DNA of 35,281 nucleotides from a virus (taxonomy: Duplodnaviria; Caudoviricetes): positions 1-35,281 of IMG/VR virus record IMGVR_UViG_3300032212_000691; one strand, given 5' to 3'. Position numbers and translations under genes: made by a program. Below the pieces are notes generated by a model that was not told the origin of the DNA, made no database searches, and saw nothing but the letters and a program-made list of their open reading frames with translations. This document shows positions 26,937 to 34,192 of the stretch, piece by piece; the stretch's first letter is position 1; every line of letters begins with the position of its first letter.

Positions 26937-27129
26937 TCACTTAAGCACCGCCCTCAACTTAACACTCCCAATAAAAGTTCCATAATCAATAACAATACGA
27001 AGACCCCTTTTTCTACAAACAAATATACTTCTTATTAGTTTATAATAATTTTATCTAACTGCTGTCTTACTTTAATATATATACATATTCCTATTAATCT
27101 TTTAAAAAGAAAAATCATAGTTTTACACT

Positions 27130-27186
27130 AAGTGTATTTAAAATACATTATTTTAAGAATTCTATAAGTGTATTCTTGTTACACTT
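27130..27186. promoter_or_regulatory. OL-like region: two operators, one overlapping a TGT-TACACT promoter
   Basis: AAGTGTA-N7-TACATTA (27130) and AAGTGTA-N7-TACACTT (27166). Confidence 0.85.
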
Positions 27187-27395
27187 CTATCATGCAAACA
27201 AAACGAAGCTCTCAAAGTTTGAGAATGATTTGTTTGTGGCTGATACCCTAAGACCCCGCGGGAGAGTCCGTGACTGAGTGATGATGAATATCTATCTTGT
27301 TGAAGATGCCCTGACTGTAGCTAAGTAAAATAAAGCAGTTTTAATGAGCGCACGTATATACCTAACGTGCGATAAATAAATATAAGGTATGAACA

Positions 27396-27479
27396 TTTAC
27401 ATTCACTCAACCGCCTTAAACAACTAAAAATCCAACACTAAGGTTACATTTCACTCTCAGGTGGTTGATTGAGTGTAAA
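27396..27479 (+). repeat. Long RNA hairpin, copy 1
   Basis: TTTACATTCACTCAACCGCC ... GGTGGTTGATTGAGTGTAAA. Confidence 0.85.
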
Positions 27480-27498
27480 ACTCAGATAAGGAGACTCT

Positions 27499-27813
27499 AT
27501 GTCGTTAGAAGTAAGTGAACCAAGTATTGACCAATTTATTAATGCACTACGTTCATTAGATGGTGGAACAGTTGCTAGTCATGCAGCAGATGGTTTAAGT
27601 GAATGTATCAAAGCAACAATGATTGAAAATAAAAAATCAACACTGTCCATAAAATTTTCAATTGGAAAAATGGCAGAAGATCAGGTCGTTATGTCAGCAG
27701 TTGTTGCGACAAAAACACCTAAACCAGTTATTAAGACAGGCTTTTTCGTAACTCAGCATTATTTGCCAACACGAAATAGATCAGACCAAGGCGTACTGCC
27801 ATTTTCAAAATAA
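27499..27813 (+). CDS. YfdP-like phage protein
   Basis: LDGG...KKSTLSIKF...FF...LPTRN..Q pattern; precedes the YfdQ-like gene. Confidence 0.65.
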   Translation: MSLEVSEPSIDQFINALRSLDGGTVASHAADGLSECIKATMIENKKSTLSIKFSIGKMAEDQVVMSAVVATKTPKPVIKTGFFVTQHYLPTRNRSDQGVLPFSK

Positions 27814-27822
27814 GGAGATTAA

Positions 27823-28581
27823 ATGCTAAATGATTTTTTAAAGCGTTTTCAAAAACCAAGTGAAAAGATAGATGGTGGTGTAGTTGTACATAATGACTAT
27901 AGAGCAAACATGGACACTCACTATAAACCGCCAATTTCACGCCATGTACTAAGCCAAGGCATTGTAAATAAAAATGATTTCATTGCTTTTACAAATGAGT
28001 ATAAAACAGAACAAACAAAACTGTTTTATACAGACCAACGTATTAATGCTGTTTTTAACTACTCACTAAAAAATAAAGCAGATTATGGTGATTCCATTTG
28101 TTCAATGGATTTAGAACAAAATTTAGATTACAAATATTTTAATTATGCACTAGGTTCACCAATAGGGCAAAAAGACTTCATTAGACTACTCAAACGCCTA
28201 GAACCATACATAGTTGCTCTTGATGGTAGAAAGTCAGACGATATGGACATTATCGATATGGCTGAAAACTTACGAAGTGTAAAGCAGATTGATAGCATTG
28301 TGAGAAATACATCACAACAGTTTTCAGTTAATGCAGAAGTTACAACTGGTAAAAAAGATTTTGTAATACCACGTAAAATTACTTTTAAATTTCCAATTTT
28401 CAAAAATGATATGGAACTTGAAACGCCATTCGAAGTAGAGCTGTTTTTAAACGCAGATGATGGTGCATTTAGTGCAGAACTTGCCTGTTACAACATTGAC
28501 CAACTTTATGATGAAACAGTTAGAGAACTTACAGCAAGTATTCTTGCAGAAATTGAAGATGTTAGTGCATTTCAGTCTTAG
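27823..28581 (+). CDS. YfdQ/DUF2303-like protein
   Basis: AVFNY, QKDFIRLL, IPRKITFKFPIF; paired with the upstream gene. Confidence 0.7.
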   Translation: MLNDFLKRFQKPSEKIDGGVVVHNDYRANMDTHYKPPISRHVLSQGIVNKNDFIAFTNEYKTEQTKLFYTDQRINAVFNYSLKNKADYGDSICSMDLEQNLDYKYFNYALGSPIGQKDFIRLLKRLEPYIVALDGRKSDDMDIIDMAENLRSVKQIDSIVRNTSQQFSVNAEVTTGKKDFVIPRKITFKFPIFKNDMELETPFEVELFLNADDGAFSAELACYNIDQLYDETVRELTASILAEIEDVSAFQS

Positions 28582-28597
28582 GACTGAGTGTAAAACA

Positions 28598-28690
28598 TTA
28601 CATTCACCCAACCGCCGAAGCAATCCCCTTATTGCTTTTACTCCCTTAAAAAGAAAACTTCTCATTTTCACGGCGGTTGCGTGAGTGTAA
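28598..28690 (+). repeat. Long RNA hairpin, copy 2
   Basis: TTACATTCACCCAACCGCCG ... CGGCGGTTGCGTGAGTGTAA. Confidence 0.85.
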
Positions 28691-28720
28691 AAATATAAAT
28701 CTATATATAAAGGATAACTA

Positions 28721-28879
28721 TTGCATCCAAAACTAGGAAAACCAAACGCACATTTTAGAAGAAAACTAACACCTGTTAAGCGAAAAATCTCTTTATTTGA
28801 AGCTGTAAATAGAGAAAAAATATACACTGTTAGATTTGTAAAATCTAATAGCACTAGATATGGTGATACAGTACGATGA
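28721..28879 (+). CDS. 52-aa basic protein
   Basis: AAGGA SD, TTG start, MHPKLGKPNAHFRRKL... Confidence 0.55.
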   Translation: MHPKLGKPNAHFRRKLTPVKRKISLFEAVNREKIYTVRFVKSNSTRYGDTVR

Positions 28880-28899
28880 TATTTTAGATATTATTTTGA

Positions 28900-29010
28900 A
28901 GTTAAAGGGAGGCAAGGGAAAACCCTTGCTTAAGCTAATGTAACTTAAGTGCAAAAATGCAGATAAGTACGATTGTGAAGATAAGCTTTTGCATAAAACC
29001 TCCCTTGTTT
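28900..29010 (+). ncRNA. Candidate Sib-like cis-antisense RNA (boundaries approximate)
   Basis: 5' AAGGGAGG, hairpin GCAAGGG-AAAA-CCCTTGC, antisense of the ORF, closing CCTCCCTT; promoter not certain. Confidence 0.45.
28935..28994 (-). CDS. 19-aa hydrophobic peptide, Ibs-like type I toxin candidate
   Basis: AAGGGAGG SD; MQKLIFTIVLICIFALKLH; own promoter TGCTATAAT at 29111-29103. Confidence 0.75.
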   Translation of the reverse strand: MQKLIFTIVLICIFALKLH

Positions 29011-29123
29011 AGTCTTAGGGTTGGCATAAAAAAAGGTCTACTAGGAGCTACCCAGCAGACCTCACCAACCCATTAGACTAAACAAGTTATCTTCACATAA
29101 GAATTATAGCACAAAAGGATTTT

Positions 29124-29291
29124 ATGATGGCGGAAGAGAAGAAAACGGGTGTAAATAAAGTACAACTGACTTTAAGCGACCAATTAAAAGAAAAGCTTGA
29201 AAGTAGAGCCGATGAAGTTGGCATACCACTAACTCAATATATTATGAACTTAATAGTAAATGATGTAAAAGCACCAATTCATAAAGATTGA
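29124..29291 (+). CDS. RHH/CopG-like regulator, 55 aa
   Basis: KVQLTLSDQLKEKLESRADEVGIPLTQYIMNLI; AAGGA SD. Confidence 0.8.
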   Translation: MMAEEKKTGVNKVQLTLSDQLKEKLESRADEVGIPLTQYIMNLIVNDVKAPIHKD

Positions 29292-29347
29292 CTTTACGGA
29301 TATTAAATCCGATAAGTACTAAAACTATACGATAAGTGTATAAGCAC

Positions 29348-29376
29348 TTGACAATATTACATTTTTAATATACAAT
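29348..29376 (+). promoter_or_regulatory. Sigma70 promoter of the Rha-like gene
   Basis: TTGACA-17-TACAAT. Confidence 0.75.
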
Positions 29377-29409
29377 TGCTCTCATATAATACATTTATTG
29401 GAGAGCATT

Positions 29410-30018
29410 ATGACAGCTTTAGTAGAAAAACATAACGGTGAATTAGTTACAACACTTCAAAAAGTTGCAGAAATATCTGCTAACGACGTTCCATCTTTAC
29501 AAAGATTAATGAGAACACATAAGCAACAACTTGAAAAATTTGGGAATCTTGAATTTGAGACTATAAAAACAAGTGGACGACCTCTAAAGCAATACTATTT
29601 AAATGAACAACAATCATATCTCTTTATAACATTCTTAAAGAATAGTGAAGAAGTTATAGAGTTTAAAATTAAATTGATTGAAGAATTCTTTAAAATGAAG
29701 CAAGAACTTCACGCTCAAGACACCGACTATAAAAAACTAGTCCTAACCCAAAACACAACAATAGCAATGCTCCAAAAGCAGTTGGAATCTAAACCAAAAC
29801 AGATTGAAGCGAAGCCAAAAAAACACCCAATGTCTTACCTTTCACCAGTTGAACATAACACTTTTTTAGAGCTTGTGTTCCAGATGATAGAACAAAAAAG
29901 AGACATTGCTAAATTCAAAAAAACATTAACTCAACGTGAAAACAACATGCAAAACTTTCTAAATAGTTTTGAAAACCGCTATCCAGAAGTTAAAAGCTAC
30001 ATTGAAAAATACAATTAA
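29410..30018 (+). CDS. Rha-family regulatory/antirepressor-like protein
   Basis: GRPLKQYYLNEQQSYLFITFLKNSEEVIEFKIKLIEEF; ATG 29410 with GGAG SD. Confidence 0.85.
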   Translation: MTALVEKHNGELVTTLQKVAEISANDVPSLQRLMRTHKQQLEKFGNLEFETIKTSGRPLKQYYLNEQQSYLFITFLKNSEEVIEFKIKLIEEFFKMKQELHAQDTDYKKLVLTQNTTIAMLQKQLESKPKQIEAKPKKHPMSYLSPVEHNTFLELVFQMIEQKRDIAKFKKTLTQRENNMQNFLNSFENRYPEVKSYIEKYN

Positions 30019-30027
30019 GGATAAACA

Positions 30028-30189
30028 ATGGACGGAATCGTATGGTACTACCTAGCAAAAGGTGAAAACGGCGAAGAGATAGAAGAGACGTTTGAAACAA
30101 TGGAAGCTGCAACGCAAGCAAAAAGTAAAGATACAAGAGAGACGTCTTGCATCGGCAATAAAACGGAGAACGCAAAAAATGAGCGATAA
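30028..30189 (+). CDS. Hypothetical protein, 53 aa
   Basis: AAGGA SD; MDGIVWYYLAKGENG... Confidence 0.6.
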   Translation: MDGIVWYYLAKGENGEEIEETFETMEAATQAKSKDTRETSCIGNKTENAKNER

Positions 30190-30352
30190 AGTTGTAGAAC
30201 CTAAAAGCTACAAAATTTCAAAATCTAAAAATGGCTTTTGGTTTGTCTATGAGTTTGAAAAAGTAGGCGAAGAAGTAATTGTACAGCTCTGCCACACATA
30301 CGATAAAGCTATTGACTACATAGAGTTTATAACTAACCCAGAAAACTTTTAA
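30179..30352 (+). CDS. Hypothetical protein, 57 aa
   Basis: GGAG SD; MSDKVVEPK... Confidence 0.55.
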   Translation: MSDKVVEPKSYKISKSKNGFWFVYEFEKVGEEVIVQLCHTYDKAIDYIEFITNPENF

Positions 30353-30361
30353 AGGCTAAAA

Positions 30362-30661
30362 TTGAAAACTTTTGAAGAGTACCAAAAAGAGAATGCTTTT
30401 GAAAAAACAGTTTTATATAAAAAATTAACTGGACGTAATCCATCAAAAGAAGAGCTAATCGAGTTCTTGCATAGTGAGTATGGCGAATGGATTATTATAA
30501 ATCAAGCTACTGCTTTTAGCGAAGTAAATACAATGAATAAGCTTGAAGCATATGAACAAGAACTCGCACACAAAAAATGTGATGAATTTATGTTGCTATA
30601 CAAACGAGAACCAAAATCGATTGAAGAGCTTAAAGCGTTTATGTATTTGGATGAGAAATGA
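30362..30661 (+). CDS. Hypothetical protein, 99 aa
   Basis: AAGG SD, TTG start; internal repeat YKKLTGRNPSKEEL / YKREPKSIEEL. Confidence 0.65.
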   Translation: MKTFEEYQKENAFEKTVLYKKLTGRNPSKEELIEFLHSEYGEWIIINQATAFSEVNTMNKLEAYEQELAHKKCDEFMLLYKREPKSIEELKAFMYLDEK

Positions 30662-31248
30662 GCATTAAACCAATACTATTTAATACTGAAATGGTGAGAG
30701 CTATTTTAGATGGACGTAAAACGCAGACACGCAGAGTTATTAAATCTAAAACAGTTAGAGCAAGTCCTTTTACTCCTAGTGGACTTGAAGATAGACATGG
30801 CGCAGAGATAAAAGCTAAGTATGAAGTTGATGATACTCTTTGGGTTAGAGAGCCTTCAAGAGTGGTTGAAAATAACTACTTAACTTTTGATGCACAATAC
30901 TTAGCAGATAAAGAATTTATGTGGGGGCTTGCAGTTCCAGAAAGGTTTATAAGCGATAATGGTGATTTTCCCAAGTGGTTAACCAAATGTCAAGGCATCC
31001 CGAACGGTTGTATCAAAGAAATGGCTCGTATTTTTCTAAAAGTTACTGACGTTAGGGTTGAACGGTTGCAGGACATCTCACATGATGATGTTTATGCAGA
31101 GGGTTTTCCGATTGATTATTATGAAAAAGGTGGTGAAAATTTTAGGCATTGGTGGATAGACCTTTGGAACTCGACCAGTAAAGATGGTTACAAATGGGAA
31201 GATAATCCATACGTGTTTGTTTATGAATTTGAGAGGGTTGAGAAATGA
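30658..31248 (+). CDS. ASCH/PUA-like phage protein
   Basis: PILFNTEMVRAILDGRKTQTRR...VRVERLQDIS...WEDNPYVFVYEF. Confidence 0.8.
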   Translation: MSIKPILFNTEMVRAILDGRKTQTRRVIKSKTVRASPFTPSGLEDRHGAEIKAKYEVDDTLWVREPSRVVENNYLTFDAQYLADKEFMWGLAVPERFISDNGDFPKWLTKCQGIPNGCIKEMARIFLKVTDVRVERLQDISHDDVYAEGFPIDYYEKGGENFRHWWIDLWNSTSKDGYKWEDNPYVFVYEFERVEK

Positions 31249-31670
31249 TTAAATGCCTTACATGCGGAAAGATTTTTGAAACTGGTTTAAATTGTGATTG
31301 TGAAGATTTAAGACATAGACAGTGGAAGCCTTGGGGCGATAAGGAGGTTGAAAGTGGTTTTTTAGATAACTCACATGAAAATATGCTAATTGGTGAGCTG
31401 ACGCCTAATTGTTCTATTATGCCTATTGGTAAATCAGCATTAGAAACATCAATTGAAGCATTGAATTTATTAAGAGAACAAATTAACAGTACGTGTAGAT
31501 TGTCTCCAATGCTTATTAATACTTTTTTAAATACTAAATTTGCACTAAATATTCCTATAGTAGAACATATAGACTTAATTAAAAAAATTAATGAATTTAA
31601 TAAATCATTAGATGAGTATGAACGAGTGAGGTCTATTGTAGGTATACGTAAATTTAGAAGTAAAAAATGA
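31245..31670 (+). CDS. Hypothetical protein with N-terminal Cys cluster
   Basis: CLTC...CDC; ATGA overlap with the upstream gene. Confidence 0.65.
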   Translation: MIKCLTCGKIFETGLNCDCEDLRHRQWKPWGDKEVESGFLDNSHENMLIGELTPNCSIMPIGKSALETSIEALNLLREQINSTCRLSPMLINTFLNTKFALNIPIVEHIDLIKKINEFNKSLDEYERVRSIVGIRKFRSKK

Positions 31671-31789
31671 CAGGTATATATATAATTCTAATTGGTTTTT
31701 CATTCGTATTAGGTGGTGTTCGTGTAATGCAAATTTGTACCTCTACAATGGATCGTGAAAGAAAATACCAAACAGAACCAAAACCATAA
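31667..31789 (+). CDS. 40-aa membrane peptide
   Basis: MTGIYIILIGFSFVLGGVRV...; ATGA overlap with the upstream gene. Confidence 0.55.
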   Translation: MTGIYIILIGFSFVLGGVRVMQICTSTMDRERKYQTEPKP

Positions 31790-31900
31790 TTTACAACTTC
31801 ATTAATACTATATTATATTTAGCTAAAATTACAATAAATTTATAATAAATCAAAACTTAATAGTAAGTACTATGAAATTTAACTCATAAAAGGATTTATA

Positions 31901-32200
31901 ATGAAAGACAATGAAAACATAGTCAAAAGACTTGGAATCAACTCAGAAGAACATGGAGATAGGATGTTAGCAACACTAAATGGATTAGCCTCTCTTCATA
32001 GTGATGTTAAAATGATGTTATTTAAGTTTGATAAAGTCTTACTCAATACAGATAATGAAATTTACACTACACTAACCAAGTTAGACAAACAACTAGATCC
32101 GATTATGACTCAACATCGTCACAATCGTTTAGCCACCCTTATTTTGTTAGGAAAAAAGAACGAGCCTCACCAGTCTGAGAATAAAATGACTCACACGTGA
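31901..32200 (+). CDS. Hypothetical protein, 99 aa
   Basis: AAAGGA SD. Confidence 0.6.
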   Translation: MKDNENIVKRLGINSEEHGDRMLATLNGLASLHSDVKMMLFKFDKVLLNTDNEIYTTLTKLDKQLDPIMTQHRHNRLATLILLGKKNEPHQSENKMTHT

Positions 32201-32382
32201 TGTCAACTCTATTGCTTAAAATAATGTGCTTAACGTCAAGCACGATGAATTCACGAGTATTATCAAGCTTTTTACCAATGATAATAATTTCTCCAGCTCT
32301 TGGAATTGCGTCTAACTGCACATTAAACGTTTCCATATAAAGAAGCTGAGTGATTGTAGACATTAACGGTTACATTTGACAA
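32139..32382 (-). pseudogene. Apparently frameshifted small antisense gene
   Basis: TATAAT promoter, AAAGGAG and TTG (32382) open only a 19-codon frame; the protein-like IPRAGE...VLDVKH sequence is in another frame. Confidence 0.5.
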
Positions 32383-32435
32383 ATAAATCTCCTTTCACAA
32401 AGAGAGGCTTAGAATTATACTAAAAAGGAAAAATA

Positions 32436-32954
32436 GTGAATAATGAATATTATAACTATTGGTACAAACATTATTGTCGTTTTTATCATATACTAGATGA
32501 GATTCTAAAACAAGAAGATATGGGTATCACTATAAGCCAGCAAAAAGCGTTTTTAGACTTTGAATATTGGCTTAAACATGTAAATGAAAATGATTTAATA
32601 AAGAACAGCGATATTGTGTCTGAATGGTTTTTTAATTATGCTATTTCTGATGGTAGAGATTTGTTTAAAAAAGGTTATTTTCCAATTTACAGTGATGATA
32701 TTAAACAAACTTGTAACAATATCGTAAAAAAAACTTGTAAAGAACTAGGGTTTACTTATAAACAGCTTGGTGATGCGATTGGAGTAAGTGAAGATACAAT
32801 CAAACGCTCTGCATCAACTGATAAGATAAGTCAACAAGTAGAAGTTGCTATAAAGTTATTATTAGAAAACAATGAACTAAAAGCTGAACTAAAAACTGTT
32901 GAAGACTTTAGAGCCAATATGCAGGACTTCTTAAAGGGTGGGATAACCCACTGA
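32436..32954 (+). CDS. XRE-type HTH regulator with N-terminal extension
   Basis: NIVKKTCKELGFTYKQLGDAIGVSEDTIKR. Confidence 0.8.
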   Translation: MNNEYYNYWYKHYCRFYHILDEILKQEDMGITISQQKAFLDFEYWLKHVNENDLIKNSDIVSEWFFNYAISDGRDLFKKGYFPIYSDDIKQTCNNIVKKTCKELGFTYKQLGDAIGVSEDTIKRSASTDKISQQVEVAIKLLLENNELKAELKTVEDFRANMQDFLKGGITH

Positions 32955-32964
32955 TTAAAATAAA

Positions 32965-33051
32965 TAGGTGTTAATTTAACACCTATAATCTTCAAATGTA
33001 CTAATATCTACACTAATCACCTTGACAAAGGCTTCATAAATACACTATACT
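32965..33051 (+). promoter_or_regulatory. Palindrome and promoter of antirepressor-like gene 3
   Basis: ATAGGTGTTAA-T-TTAACACCTAT; TTGACA-18-TATACT. Confidence 0.7.
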
Positions 33052-33090
33052 TTCCTTAATAGTTTAAAATTTCAACTAAAAGGGCAAGTA

Positions 33091-33768
33091 ATGAAGTTAG
33101 TAAGTGTAGATTTTAAAAAAGACACTATAGAAACAATACTATATGAGAATATTGAATATGTTTCAATTAGAAAAATTTGTGAGAACTTAGGCATAGATAG
33201 AGCTAGTCAAGTTTCTAAAGTTAAATCAGAAGAAGCATATCAAACCAAAGTAATAAACATACAAACATCACAAGGTAATAGAGATACTCTTTGTATTCCT
33301 TTGGATAAATTAAATGGATGGTTGTTTTCTATAAGTTCTCATAAAGTAAAGCCAGAAGTTCGAAAAAAACTAATCGAATACAAAAACGAAGCTTTCAAAG
33401 TTCTACACGATTATTTTAATAAAGGCTACGCAATTAAGCCTGAAGTTAAAGCAGAGCTTGAGAGAATCATTGAAGATAAAAATCATCTTGTAATGACCCA
33501 AAACACCACAATCGCAAATCTACAAAAGCAATTGGAATCTAAACCAAAACAAATCGAAGAAAAACCAAAAAAACACCCAATGTCTTACCTCTCACCAGTT
33601 GAACATAACACTTTTTTAGAGCTTGTGTTCCAGATGATAGAGCAAAAAAGAGACATTTCAAATTTCAAAAAAGTTCTAACTAAGCGTGAAAACAACATGC
33701 AAAACTTCTTAAATAGTTTTGAAAACCGCTATCCAGAAGTTAAAAGCTACATTGAAAAATACAATTAA
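33091..33768 (+). CDS. Antirepressor-like protein, P22 Ant N-terminal domain
   Basis: YVSIRKICENLGID..SQ...CIPLDKLNGWLFSISSHKVKPEVR. Confidence 0.9.
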   Translation: MKLVSVDFKKDTIETILYENIEYVSIRKICENLGIDRASQVSKVKSEEAYQTKVINIQTSQGNRDTLCIPLDKLNGWLFSISSHKVKPEVRKKLIEYKNEAFKVLHDYFNKGYAIKPEVKAELERIIEDKNHLVMTQNTTIANLQKQLESKPKQIEEKPKKHPMSYLSPVEHNTFLELVFQMIEQKRDISNFKKVLTKRENNMQNFLNSFENRYPEVKSYIEKYN

Positions 33769-33904
33769 CTCTTCAAATATAGAAGTTTATTGTCACCATT
33801 GCGAATATGAGTTTATGGTTGATTGTGAGTATTAAAAACTACAGAACTAGGTATTACTGGAAATATTAGTTAAATTTTAAAATATCATAAATAAAGGATG
33901 TCTC

Positions 33905-34141
33905 ATGAGTATACTAGATTCCATTAATGTAAAGTTAGATGAACTACTCGCTATACACCGTGCTTTACCTGAATGGACTCCGCTATCTCGTGAGTATGCA
34001 CTAGAATGTGGCTATCAAACTCTTGATGGTCTTCGTAAGTGGTGCTATAACAATTTACCTCCTGATGAATTTGAAAAACGCGGTAAAAATTGGTATGTTA
34101 AAAGGTCATCACTTCATCTTTTAAAGAGACGCACCGCGTAG
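33905..34141 (+). CDS. Putative excisionase/DNA-binding protein
   Basis: 78 aa, wHTH-like (GLRKWC...KRGKNWYV), immediately upstream of int. Confidence 0.6.
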   Translation: MSILDSINVKLDELLAIHRALPEWTPLSREYALECGYQTLDGLRKWCYNNLPPDEFEKRGKNWYVKRSSLHLLKRRTA

Positions 34142-34192
34142 TGTGCTAAAATATTGCCGTCAATAGTCGGCTTTTATATTAAAGGTCTTAAT

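Larger units (their letters stand above)
29746..33768. repeat. 273-bp direct repeat pair (29746-30018 and 33496-33768)
   Basis: About 24 mismatches by hand count; 3750-bp offset; both copies end at the stop codon. Confidence 0.95.

Noticed and set aside
27240-27340. GC-rich stretch as a tRNA or hammerhead ribozyme
   Set aside because: No cloverleaf or TTC loop, and no CUGANGA/GAAA core could be found by eye
27396-28692. Repeated TGAGTGTAAAA motifs as a CRISPR or mini-array
   Set aside because: There is no regular repeat-spacer period; the motifs are arms of hairpins
29746-33768. The 273-bp repeats as the TR/VR pair of a diversity-generating retroelement
   Set aside because: Mismatches are not adenine-specific, many are synonymous, both copies are coding, and no reverse transcriptase is in the window
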